Assembly: GCA_010909165.1 (NCBI GenBank) | Contig: VJWM01000044.1 | Coordinates: 2,046,001 to 2,110,000 of the forward strand | Reading direction: 5' to 3' | From: Anthoceros angustus | Lineage: Eukaryota; Plantae; Anthocerotophyta | Length of the DNA: 64,000 bases | Shown: piece after piece, positions 34,989-48,140 of the stretch | Numbering within the stretch: position 1 is the first letter of the stretch | Layout of the letters: each line of letters opens with the position of its first letter | The notes under the pieces: generated by a model | What the model was told of the DNA's origin: nothing | Seen by the model: only the letters and a program-made list of their open reading frames with translations | Database searches by the model: none | Position numbers and translations under genes: made by a program

Positions 34989-37281
34989 TTTGTTGCTTGG
35001 ACAGTTGCGGTTTGCCAGAGGAACTTGTTGCCTGAACGGTCGCGTTTCGAGGAGGATTTGCTGTGCGGACAGTCGTGTTTTGAGAGGAACCTATTGCTGC
35101 CATAATCGTGATTTTCTTGTCCAGGGTGCCATGTGTGCTTGGGGGGGAATCTTGTACAGGGGAGGAGTGTGTGGTTGTGGTAGGCTAGTGTCCTGATACG
35201 CGCGCATTGCAAGGAAGGTGCTCGACACTTTCTAAACGCTGTGGTTTGGGTGGTTTCCATAACAAGAACGAGACATACAGCAAATCCCTCGATTTCTGAC
35301 AATCATGGGTTGAAGGATATGGGAGTGCGTGCAGATGTCTAGCAGGGGGAGGGGGCGAAGGGACAGCCATGGGAGATCGCCTCCGCTTGTGACTGCAAGA
35401 GATTTGAGGGCTGCGAGGAGAAATCAGTTGAGGGAGGAAAATGCCGTTGCGGCCACACGACGGATTGAAGAGGAAGAAGAGATACGGGCACTTGAGGAAG
35501 AGGCCGCTTTGCTCTTGCAAAGCGGGCGGCGATCAAGATAAGATTGCCGGACCTGGTTCCAGTCTACCTTACCTAATCGCAAACCAAGAGGTTAGCAGCT
35601 ATGATCGCTGTCGATCTGGTCGGAGTCCGCGTGCGCAGTCCTGCTGCTGGCGCTGTCGCTCCTTGTGGAATCTTCGTGTCCCATACTAATACTCCTAGCC
35701 TCATGGAAGCTCATGGACTGAAACCGTGCGAGCCGCTGGCTCCAGCACCAGCCATGGGCAACCACAGGCACCAGCACTCCAATCGATCGCGATGGATCAT
35801 CACCTCAGGCTCGAAGTTCCAGAGCTGGTAGTCCTGGAACACGGGCACATTGCCCATGCCACTCCGGCCCCAGGGCATTTTCATGGAAAGCTAGGGCCCT
35901 ACACCACAAATGGTCAGCAGCTGGGTTGCGGATTGTCTTTTTGCTGGGCTTCGCAGTCCCAAGTGCATATGTTCACCCTTTTACAAGCTTAACCTCGTTG
36001 CAAGCACCTTCCCCCTTTGTGGTAATCTGCAGACAGCCAAGTTGCGGAGGGGTGCTTTCTGACGATACATACTTGGACCCACTGACGTCCCCTTATGCCA
36101 CTGATGAGGCGCACGCCCAGGGAACAGAAATCGGTTTGTGGAACATTCTCGGGGTGTGTGATTTCCTTGGACATAGTTGTCTTGCTACATCCCTCTGTAT
36201 ACAACACAGGCGGGATGAGAGCCTCAACCGTTCCTAATTATTTTTCAAAAGCAGCCCTCAGCAACGGTATTTATCAAACTGCTTTATCGCTAGGGATAGG
36301 ATTTGGACCCACGCCTCCTTCCCAAGTAGGAACATGGGTCTGGAGCCTCAAACCAGCCGGCCATCGTCTCTTAGTGCAGGCAACTCAGAACTGTACTAGA
36401 ATCCTTTGTATTGGAGTACCCGGTCACTCACCTACAATGTGTTGCACAATCATTGTTGGAAATGAGTAATAAAATGAGGATCGTGGCAAGTGGCCGACGG
36501 GATCGGCCGGTCACGACCACCCACCGCCTATATCGGGTGCAGCCATAGGAACAGAGCGATATACCAGCATAATAAAAGCTGGTACTACCGTACCGCCCTT
36601 CCTTCCCCATGAAGCTCCGACTTGGAGGCCCATCCTGCTTCTGCCAAGGCTCCAACAGCACGCGTGACTCCGTTCCCAGTAGCTTCTGACCGGCTATGGC
36701 TGCTTGTGTGTGCTCAAGTTGGTCCGTACCGGCATTTCAATCCATCTCCTACCTTCGAATTCATTCGTCGAACGGTAGATGTGATTTCTGTGGTCCACTA
36801 GCTGGTGTGTGGCTGCAGCACATTCGACTGACAGCATCGTGCCTCTAGCAGCGGATGAGGAGAAGCAGAGGCTAGCGCCTGTGACTGCATGCAGTTGGCG
36901 TTTGAGCTCTGATATCTGGAATATCTGATGTGATGCATCGCTTTACTTGCCTGCATGTAGGACATCATGGCTGTAATTGCAAATCCACCAAGTCTTCAAT
37001 TACGTAATAGGCTGTGCAGGAGCCACAGAGAGAATTTCAGAAGTGAGATTTTAGCATCCTGATCAACATCCATGTCCGACTGATCAATGTTCTGTTCGGA
37101 ATTCAGAGCATAGCCGCAAGATTGCTGTGTTTGCATCTACCAGCATTTGTTGTTACCTACGTGCTTGCTTTTATCTCCTGTCGCCAGTGGAATTTGATGA
37201 AGCACAATGTGAATTCCCGATGTTCCAAGCACTAGCATCAGCGGCCGCCAAACTTACCATGTACTGCACTTCTACATGTCT

Positions 37282-37484
37282 GCGGATCAGAGAAGAGGCC
37301 TTGGATAGATTGATGCAAGGCAGAACAACTGTTGTCATTGCGCACCGCCTGTCCACCATCCAGGGCCAATACAATTGCAGTTGTGCAAGATGGAACTATC
37401 ATTGAACAAGGCAGTCCTAAGGAATTGCTTGCAAGGAAAGGAGCATATTGCAAGCTCATCAACCTGCAACAGTCGGGCAACTGA
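37282..37484 (+). pseudogene. ABCB C-terminal fragment (inverted-arm copy)
   Basis: Reverse complement of 30428-30630. Confidence 0.75.
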
Positions 37485-38268
37485 TTATACAGTTGCTAAG
37501 GATTTTAACAGGTGAACCATACCGTGAAACTTTATCTCCAGTCAATTTGGCTACTGTCAAGGTCTTTTATTTTGTAGGAACAAAATGGACCCTGAGAGCA
37601 CGTCGGTTTTTGCCTAAAGGCCCACGTAAAGTGTGTTGCAACTGGTTTGTGGGTGGTGTACCGGAGAGGTGCAGAGGAGTTGTGAGCCGTCGGTTGTACT
37701 GGTGAAAACGAGTACTGGACGACCTAAACTATAGTCGAAGTCATTAGCTGCTGCTGGCCGGAAGAGTTCAGAAATTCAAACTTCTTCCGACTTGATTCTA
37801 TAAATAAAATTGTTTGACACACACTTAGTGTTTGTCGGTCTGCAGTAATTGCATCTTGCCCACACAAGAAGCTTTTGGAGGCAAAAAATGGCGCCACGAA
37901 GAACCAAACTGGTTTCAAATAATTTGGTCATAATAATGGTGTGCCTAAGCTACTTTTATCACCCATCACTTTTACGTAAAACATCCACTTCCTTTAGGCA
38001 CCCCATCTAAGTACCGATCTAAGCAGGATGCTTAATAACATCACTTTTACAGAAAAACATCCACTTCCTTTAGGCACCCCATCTAAGTACCGATCTAAGC
38101 GGGATGCTTAATAACGACGTTCTTATAAATGTGTGTCCATGTGGTCTATTTGTGAGAGCTTTGAACTCTCTACCCATATGTAAACCCTCATGTGACATGC
38201 TGCTTATTTGTTCCCTAGGTCATTCACATTTTAAGTCATTAAAATAATATACATTCAGACATATTCAC

Positions 38269-41200
38269 CATTTGTTATGCACTTTGTAAACTCACGCCTC
38301 TCCTCCTCCAGAATTCGACAGCCAAAGGTCACGCAAGAAGGCGCCACCCTAGTGTAAATACGTCCTGCTCCAATAATTCTATGGTGTCAACAACGTGTTC
38401 GGAGGGTTGGTGAAACTATTGCATGGTTGGGTTTTAAGAAAAGGTAAGGGGTTCTTCGGTAAAAGACTCTCGTTCTTTGAGTCTTTAGCGAACTTTGCCA
38501 TCCTGTAAAACATGCAATCTTGTGTGCACAGGAAGGAGGGGTAAGTAGCAGAGAATTTCACGCATGGTCTGAGGATCTTACATTGCATCTCGATCGAATC
38601 ATTGCTCAACTCTCGAATTTGGGAAACACCTCTAGGGGAGCCACCACATCACAACAATGCTCGAGTCTTTGTGCAAGACATCCTGCATGCAGGGAACGTT
38701 GGTTAATCGGTTTACCTGCAACAGGAGAAGGGAGCGCGAGTGCGTCGAGGACACCTAGACCGAACAGCATCAGTGGAGCCACAGGAGCTGGAGGGTTGTC
38801 CCAACCCCATGTACCGCCAGATGTCAAGTTTGGGAAATGAAGAAGCGACGCGAAAGCCTTTAGCGCACTTTGGAACATGTGTCTCATGCCAACCTGGAGG
38901 ATCTGAGACCGCTTGTGCATTTTCCGGTTATTGAGGGACATGGACAGCGTGGTATAGTCGAACTTATGGTGCCGGCGCCGCAGACTAGAAGGACTTGAAG
39001 GCTTTCTCAACTGCTGGGTGGGCTCGGTTATCTCACCACACCTTGGCAAAACCGAACTCTCCAGAGAAAGAAAAGAGAGTCCCTATTTGACTATGTTGAA
39101 CGATTCTACGGATACTTGGATCGAGTCCGAAGTGTGCACCCGTGACCCTGTGAAACCCTCCCACATCATGATATTCGCAAGAGCAAGCAATCGGATTGGT
39201 TTTGTAAGCGGATTATCGAGAAAATGGAGGTACATTGCGTAGGAACTAAGATGTTGGCCGGAACAATTTAGCAAAGGAGTGGGAATCGGCCGAGTTGGGT
39301 AGAAGGAGGAAGAAGAGAAGAAGCTATAAGAAGAGGAAGGGATTCAGGAGATCCAGTTCTTCTTCTTCCTCTTCCTCGCCTCCCCCATCTTCATCGTCAT
39401 CCTCTGAGAGCGAAGAGAGTAGTACCCAGGAAAGCTCGACGTTAGATGAAGAATCCGAGAAAGCCTATGAACGACGCATGAGAAAAGACTTGGAGAAGGT
39501 CAAGAAACGACAGGAGGAAGTTGAGCGCGCGCTGGAGAAGGAGAGGAAGGAAAGACGGTTCGATGAATGGAGAAGAAACGCCCACCTGCAGGAGGGGAAT
39601 TGCGGACCAAGTGGAAGCTCACCAAGCGATTGATGAATTGGAGGTCAAGGCGAAAGAATCGCACCACGCGGAGGTCACCTTCATCCCTTTCTCCTTCTTC
39701 CAACCCCGACTCCCACGAGTCTCCAGGAGGCCACGGTGAGTCGTCCTTCACCTTCCTCGCTTGCGTTCCTCCCGCCTCTCGGCGTTTCTCGGATTTCAGT
39801 CTCTCTCCGTTTGGATCTTGTGGTCACTTTGGCCACCAATAGCCCTCGAGGATCCGCACTCATTTCTCCTCCTCCGAAGACTGACCAAAGGTCACAAGAA
39901 GGCGCCACCCTAGTGACGTCCGTAATAATTCTATGGCTGTATCAACAACGGTCCGGAGGGCTACGTGGCTGGAAACTATTGCATGGTTGGGTTGTGGAAG
40001 AAAAGGTGGGGGTTCGTCGGTAAAAGACTCTCGTTCTTTGAGTCTTTAGCGAACTTTGCCATCCCTGCGTAAAACATGCAATCTTGTGCGGAAGGAGGGT
40101 AAGTAGCGAGAATTTCACGCATAGTGAGGATCTTACATTGCATCTCGATGAATCATTGCTCAACTCTCGAATTTGGGAAACACCTCTGGGAGCCACCACA
40201 TCACAACAATGCTCGAGTCTTTGTGCAAGACATCCCGCATGCGGGGAGCGTTGGTTAATCGGTTTACACCAGCAGGAGAAGGGAGTGAGTCGTCGAGGAC
40301 ACCTAGACCCGAAACGACATCTGGAGCCACAGGAGCTGGAGGTTGTCCCAACCCCATGACCGCCAGTATGTCAAGTTTGGGAAATGAAGAAGCGCCGATA
40401 TGCGAAAGCCAGCGCACTTTGGAATAATGTGTCTCATGCCAATGGAGGATCGGGGACACGTTGTGCATTTTCCAAGGTTATTGAGGGACATGACGCGATG
40501 GTATAGTCGAACTTATGGTGCGGTCGCCGCAGATTAGAAGGACTTGAAGGCACCTCTCAGCCGTTTCGTGGGCTCGGTTATGCTCACCACACCTTATGGC
40601 AAAGCGAGAACTCTCGTAGAAAGAAAAGAGAGTCCCTATTTGACTATGTTGAGCGATTCTACGGATACTTGGATCGAGTCCAAGTGGCACCCGTGACCCG
40701 AAACCCTCCCACATCATGATATTCGGTAAGAGCAAACGGATTGGTTTTGTAAGCGGTTATCGAGAAAATGGAGGTACATTGCGGCGAGGAACTAAGATGT
40801 TGCTTGAACAATAATTCGTTTAGCAAAGGAGTGGAATCGGCAGTTGGGTAGAAGGAGGAAGAAGAGAAGAAGCTATAAGAAGGAAGGGATTCGGAGATCC
40901 GGTTCTTCTTCTTCCTCTTCCTCGCCTCCCCATCTTCATCGTCATCCTCGAGAAGCGAAGAGTAGTACCGGAAAGCTCGGCGTTAGATGAAGAATCCGAG
41001 AAAGCCTATGCTGAGCAGCGCATGAGAAAAGACTTGGAGAAGGTCAAGAAGCAGCGGGGGAGGAAGTTGGCCTTGTGGAGAGAGAGGAAGGAAGAAGCGG
41101 ATCTCACAATCCCTTCCTCTTCTTATAGCTTCTTCTCTTCTTCCTCCTTCTACCCAACTCGGCCGATTCCCACTCCTTTGCTAATTTATTATTCCGGCCA

Positions 41201-44200
41201 ACATCTTAGTTCCTACGCAATGTACCTCCATTTTTCTCGATAATCCGCTTACAAACCAATCCAAGGCTTGCTCTTGCGAATATCATGATGTGGGAGGGTT
41301 TCACAGGGTCACGGGTGCACACTCGGGACTCGATCCAAGTATCCGTAGAATCGTTCAACATAGTCAAATAGGGACTCTCTTTTCTTTCACGGAGAGTTCT
41401 CGGTTTTGCCAAGGTGTGGTGAGCATAAGCCCAGCCAACGGTTGAGAAAGGCGCCTTCAAGTCCTTCTAGTGGCGCCGGCACCATAAGTTCGACTATACC
41501 ACTTGCTGTCCATGTCCCTCAATAACCTGTGGAAAATGCAAATGCACAAGCAGTCACCATATCCTCCAGTTGGCATGAGACACATGTTCCAAAGTGCATA
41601 AAGGCTTTGATCGTGCGCTTCTTCATTTCCCCAAACTTGACATCTTGGTGGTGTGGGGTTGGGACAACCTCTCAGCCTGTGGCTCCATGTCTTGTCGGTC
41701 TAGGTGTCCTCGGCGACTCGCGCTCCCTTCTCTGCAGTAAACCGATTAACGTTCCGCATGCAGGATGTCTTACAAAGACTCGAGCATTGTTGTGATGTGG
41801 TGGCTCCCCTAGAGGTGTTTCCCAAATCTCGAATTTGGGAAACACCTCTAGGGGAGCCACCACATCACAACAATGCTCGAGTCTTTGTAAGACATCCGCA
41901 TGCGAGGCGTTGGTTAATCGGTTTACAGCAGCAGGAGAAGGGAGCGCGAGTCGCCGAGGACACCTAGACCCGAGACATCGATTGGAGCCACAGGAGCTGG
42001 AGGGTTGTCCCAACCCCACAGCCGCCAACAGTATGTCAAGTTTGGGGAAATGAAGAAGCGCGACGATGCGAAAGCCTTTGTGCGCACTTTGGAACATGTG
42101 TCTCATGCCAATCTGGAGGATACGGTAGCTGACCGTTTGTGCATTTTCCCTGGGTTATTGAGGGGACATGGACAGCAGTGGTATAGTCGAACTTATGGTG
42201 CCAGTGCGCCAGCAGACTAGAAGGACTTGAAGGCAGCCTTTCTCAACCGTTTTCGTGGGCTCAGTTATGCTCACCACACCTTGGCAAAACTGAGAACTCT
42301 CCGTAGAAAGAAAAGAGAGTCCCTATTTGACTATGTTGAACGATTCTACGGATACTTGGATCGAGTCCCGAAGTGTGCACCCGTGACCCCAGGAAACCCT
42401 CCCACATCATGATATTCGCAAGAGCAAGCACTGGATTGGTTTGTAAGCGGATTATCGAGAAAATGGAGGTACATTGCGAGGAACTAAGATGTTGGCCGGA
42501 ACAATAATTGTTTAGCAAAGGAGTGGGAATCGGCCGAGTTGGGTAGAAGGAGGAAGAAGAGAAGAAGCTATAAGAAGAGGAAGGGATTGTGAGATCCGCT
42601 TCTTCTTCCTCTTCCTCGCCTCCCCATCTTCATCGTCATCCTCCGAGAGCGAAGAGAGTAGTACCAGAAAGCTCGACGTTAGATGAAGAATCCGAGAAAG
42701 CCTATGAACGACGCATGAGAAAAGACTTGGAGAAGGTCAAGAAACGACAGGAGGAAGTTGAGCGCGCGCTGGAGAAGGAGAGGAAGGAAAGACGGTTCGA
42801 TGAATGGAGAAGGGGGAAACGTCCACTGCAGGAGGGGGAATTGCGGACCAAGTGGAAGCTCTGACCAAGCGATTGTGGTGGAGGTCAAGGCGAAAGAATC
42901 GACCACGGAGGTCACCTTCACCTGCAAGGCAGTTGGTGTATTGCTCAATCATCATCAATCCGGACACACCAACAAGGGAGTGTATTCGAGCACCATGCCA
43001 TCGTGAATTACCATGTGGAGAGTATCATGCTTGGCGATTACTGGTACGTAGATGAGGCTTATCAAGTGTAGGCAGTCATTGGGAGTCGGCCGCCTCAGTC
43101 GATGAGGGTGACTTACCAGCCCGCCACACCGTCAGCTGTGAGGTATGGGTCGCGACCTACCTCACCGGGACCATGGAGGCCAGAACCTTCTCAGAGGCCG
43201 ATGACGATTCCACCAAGCTGCTGCTACAATTGCGGGACGCCTGGTCACTATTCGAACAATTGCCCAAAACCACAGAGATAGATGGGGTATGTGCCTTTTT
43301 GTCAAGTGTGCAAGGAGCTAGGCCACAAGGTTGGTACTCTGAGGTGTTCAAGAGTGACCGGGTTAGTGCCAACCCGTCCAGGAGTGCGATTCACGGAGCC
43401 TACAGTAGAGGGGACGCCGCCCAATCCCGAAACCGCCATCACCGTAACGACAACACCGGTTTTAAAGATGGAAGCAGAGTTCAATTTCCTTGATGAATCC
43501 AGTGTGTATTCCGGGATTGTGGAGGAAGGATATGAGGGAGAAATGAGTGCGGATCCGGACGAGGGGCTATTGGTGGCCAAAGTGACCACAAGATCCAAAC
43601 GGCAAGAGAGAGACCTGAAATCTGAGAAACGCCGAGAGCGGGAGGAACGCAAGCGGAGGAAGGTGAAGGACGACTCACCGTGGCCTCCGGAGACTCGTGG
43701 GAGTCGGGGGTTGGAAGAAGGAGAAAGGGATGAAGGTGACCAGGAGCAACCTATGGCGGTAGGTAGTCTCGTAGTGGCATTACGTTTAAGTCACGCAGAG
43801 TAGGGCCAGCAAAAGTATCCTTTGTGTCATGGAGCAAGGCACCCTACGAGGGGGATTGGAGCTTCCATCTGATGGGTACACCTCAGGGGGTACATGGGTG
43901 AGCTCCTCGGGTAGTGATCGTGCCTATAGAGGACCCCCAGTTGAGGAGATGGAAATAAAACCCGAGTTGTTGTATAGGTACCTATCTGCAAGTAGAAGTT
44001 GTTGTAGAGGAGGATTCGAATCGACTTCAAGGAGGTCAACACTCCCGTGAGGATCAAGCAATACCAACTGAATCCCAAGTATTCTATGGTCATCAAAGAT
44101 CAGTTGGATCAATACTTGGAAGCCGGAGTGATCTATCCGTGTTTACCAATGAGTGGGTCTGATTGTGATTGTGCCCAAGAGACAACAGGGGAAGGTACGG

Positions 44201-44206
44201 GTGTGC
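38269..44206 (+). mobile_element. Scrambled Athila-like gag/RT region (copy 2): repeated gag starts with two inverted inserts
   Basis: Forward gag pieces at 38269-39683, 39865-41093 and 41825-44206; inverted pieces at 39673-39875 and 41084-41830. Ends at IRIDFKEVNTPVRIKQYQLNPKYSMVIKDQLDQYLEAG...GKVRVC. Confidence 0.8.
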
Positions 44207-46059
44207 TAAGTACAATTTTGCAAGAAATCAAACTTGCATTTTGCAAAAGAAAAATGATTTCTTGACACCTTTTTCCATCACATTGCCTCATCACAAGCTA
44301 TCTATCCTTGTGCAGCTCATAGTGATACAATATTCCATTCTCTAGATATCACAAGTTTCATGTAATATGGAATTTTTAAAAAATGGATAATTTGGTCATG
44401 GTTATCGTCATTAATCTATCTCTTTTATAAGAGTTTTTACATCTTTTCTCTTTCATGTGTAATGCATCATCCTTCTAAAAAGTGTCCAATTTGGTGCCCT
44501 TCAAAGCCTTGTCACGGCATTTTGTTCATGAAGAACCCATGAGAAATTAGCCTTGAGTTTACGGTAGGTACAAGCTTGGTTCTATTTAGTTTTCTACCGA
44601 CTGTATTGAGAGGGCACTATAGTCCCATGTAGCCTACTTGTAGGAAACCCATTGCACGGCGAAATTTCCAAACTAGTTGTCCATTTTTCTGGTACGACTA
44701 GGTGGTATACTATACTTGTTGGGGCTTATATGGGTAGACATTATTCATGTCATAATTAGAAGCCATCTAGAGCTAATTGGCATAGGCCTCATAGTGGTAT
44801 TGGTAAAATTTCCGGCCTAGCTGGCACCGGTTGCTCAGTTGGGCAAAACCTGCATTGCCAAGTCCTCTCAGGATGGTGCCATGGGTTCTAGTAGCGAACA
44901 TGGGGAACAAATCGTCAGGTTTATTCATCGTTGGGGTTTGGTTCACTTTCAAAAAGGAAACAAGGCATATTTTGAAGGGTAACTTTGATGTATAGAATAT
45001 TGCATGAACATGTTGTCCCATGCATTCTTGTAGAAACAAATTTAATAGGTGCTATGGTAAAATATTTTTCAAATTGTGAAAATATAAGTTTCAAGGCTTG
45101 TTTTGAAGGCCTAACCCATATGAGCTTAACCCATGAAGGTCTTGAAGGGGCTGGTTCGGATAAACCCTTTGCATGCCACACGAGTTCATCATGAAACTCA
45201 CTTTATCTAGAAATTGCCTTTCCATCCGAAATAGCCATCAACTTATGGATCTAGGTCAAAGAGGTTTATAATACACTATAAGAACTCGAGCAAGATAGTC
45301 TATAACGGTCGTAAGAATCATGTAGATTAGGGATTAAATGCTTTAGCAATGTGCTCCATCTTTTAAAACTCATAACATAAGCTAGGATTTCTAAGATTGG
45401 AGGTTTTTGCCATGCATGCACCTAGTGTATGAAACTATAAGGACCAAGTTGCAATACCGCTTGAATTGGGAGAAGGTAAATACTTAAAAACATAGTAATC
45501 TAAGATTCCTAAGATTGGAGGGTTTTGCTATGTATACACCTCATGTATTTTTGAATATATAGACCTTATTATTGCAAGAATACACCATAGTGAAAATATG
45601 CTGTAATTAAAAAATATAGCATACCTTTTTGCATGGCCATAACAAATGGTGAATATGTCGAATGTATATTATTTTAATGACTTAAAATGTGAATGACCTA
45701 GGAACAAATAAGGGCAGCATGTCACATGAGGCGGTTTACATATGGGTAGAGAGTTCAAAGCTCTCACAAATAGACCACATGGACACATGGACACACATTT
45801 ATAAGAACGTCGTTATTAAGCATCCTGCGCTTAGATCGGTACTTAGATGGGGTGCCTAAAGGAAGTGGATGTTTTTCTGTAAAAGTGATGTTATTAAGCA
45901 TCCTGCGCTTAGATCGGTACTTAGATGGGGTGCCTAAAGGAAGTGGATGTTTTACGTAAAAGTGATGGGTGATAAAAGTAGCTTAGGCACACCATTATTA
46001 TGACCAAATTATTTCGGAAACCAGTTTGGTTCTTCGTGGCCGCCATTTTTGCCTCCAAA

Positions 46060-48140
46060 AGCTTCTTGTCCAGCTTCTTCTTCTTGCGTTGGAGCTTCGT
46101 CTGCATATCCACATGCTGCCTGTAAACCGCCTGGAACTGCTGATAGAATTCCTCCGGAAACGGGTTGGCAGCCTGCACCATCGACGGCCCGACCATGGCA
46201 ATCGCAAGGGATGTGTCAGTGAGGGTTGGCAAAGGAACTTACAGCAGAACTGCGCATTCAATGCAGCATCGAGTGACGTTCTCACCTGCATGAAGTTGCT
46301 GAGCTCCTTCAGCACACGGTCGCATTGCTCTTTGGTAGGGTCACCGGATTCCGGCATCGTTGATGGCCACCTGAATAATCATCTGGTTGTCCCGGGCTTG
46401 CTTGATGCACTTGTCCAAAACGTGGCAGAAATCCAGCACAGCCAGGCTGCTGTCGAAGTACTCTGTCACCAGCTTAAGGAGGTGCTTGTCCGCCCATACG
46501 TCCTCCTTGTACTCCAGGATAACCTTCATAACCTCCTGATCAACCTCCAGAAGTGTGGTGACATCCTTCAATGACTCGAAAGTCAGGCCTGTGGAATCCG
46601 CTCCTCTCGCCACCGAATTGATGGCGTTTCCTGTCCGATTCCTCAGCTCTTCATCGAAGTTCTTGACGTCAGGATCGTCATGGCACTGCTCTTCGAACTC
46701 TGACAGATCAAGAGGAGCACATCGCTTCTCTTCCTTTTTGCTCAACGTTTTCCCCATCCTTTAGGGACTAGACCAAATGTGCCAGTTGGTAAAACCAGGA
46801 GCTATACCAAACTCAGCCCGTCAGAAGAGATACATGACCGCAACTTTGCAACACAAACACTAAGTGTGTGTCAAACAATTTTATTTATAGAATCAAGTCG
46901 GAAGAAGTTTGAATTTCTGAACTCTTCCGGCCAGCATGATGGTGGAAACCTTCATCCATCCCCTGACGTTCTTCAGCTTCTTGTCCAGCTTCTTCTTCTT
47001 GCGTTGGAGCTTCGTCTGCATATCCACATGCTGCCTGTAAACCGCCTGGAACTGCTGATAGAATTCCTCCGGAAACGGGTTGGCCTGCACCATCGACGGC
47101 CCGACCATGGCAATCGCAAGGGATGTGTCAGTGAGGGTTGGCAAAGGAACTTACAGCAGAACTGCGCATTCAATGCAGCATCGAGTGACGTTCTCACCTG
47201 CATGAAGTTGCTGAGCTCCTTCAGCACACGGTCGCATTGCTCTTTGGTAGGGTCACCGGATTCCGGCATCAAGTTGATGGCCACCTGAATAATCATCTGG
47301 TTGTCCCGGGCTTGCTTGATGCACTTGTCCAAAACGTGGCAGAAATCCAGCACAGCCAGGCTGCTGTCGAAGTACTCTGTCACCAGCTTAAGGAGGTGCT
47401 TGTCCGCCCATACGTCCTCCTTGTACTCCAGGATAACCTTCATAACCTCCTGATCAACCTCCAGAAGTGTGGTGGTGACATCCTTCAATGACTCGAAAGT
47501 CAGGCCTGTGGAATCCGCTCCTCTCGCCACCGAATTGATGGCGTTTCCTGTCCGATTCCTCAGCTCTTCATCGAAGTTCTTGACGTCAGGATCGTCATGG
47601 CACTGCTCTTCGAACTCTGACAGATCAAGAGGAGCACATCGCTTCTCTTCCTTTGCTCAACGTTTTCCCCATCCTTTAGGGACTAGACCAAATGTGCCAG
47701 TTGGTAAAACCAGGAGCTATACCAAACTCAGCCCGTCAGAAGAGATACATGACCGCAACTTTGCAACACACTTTACGTGGGCCTTTAGGCAAAAACCGAC
47801 GTGCTCTCAGGGTCCATTTTGTTCCTACAAAATAAAAGACCTTGACAGTAGCCAAATTGACTGGAGATAAAGTTTCACGGTATGGTTCACCAGAGCCTTG
47901 ATGTTGTCCAGGTCACGGATGGCGATGTAGGTGCCCCAGTACGCGGAGTCCACCAGGTCCAGGCTGGCTGCCAGCTCGTCCTCGTACTTGGTCCACAGGA
48001 CTTGAACCAGCGGCCCATGGACTCCATGGGGAGCGTGGACAAGGTGGAAACCCCGGCTGCGATGGCGGGGAGACCAGCACCGCGGCCACCACTGCGCAGA
48101 TGAGCACTGCCGCACAGGTGGCGGCCAGCATGATGGTGGA
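46060..48140 (-). pseudogene. Mosaic of three DUF677-A pieces interleaved with ABCB-flank sequence
   Basis: DUF677-A segments at 46060-46861, 46928-47770 and 47883-48140 alternate with pieces matching 30080-30155, 30270-30400 and 30555 onward. Every join is a 9-10 bp shared word. Confidence 0.85.

Larger units (their letters stand above)
29633..38279. repeat. Long inverted repeat: arms 29633-32361 and 35547-38279 (~2.73 kb), spacer ~3.2 kb
   Basis: ORF translations are identical on opposite strands (30207-30464 vs 37448-37705, 29994-30188 vs 37724-37918, 32131-32316 vs 35592-35777), and both arms share the same deletions. Confidence 0.92.

Noticed and set aside
39295-39633. Ser/Arg-rich splicing-factor-like ORFs (also 59704-60309)
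   Set aside because: They are the low-complexity linker of the retroelement gag, between the gag domain and the zinc knuckle.
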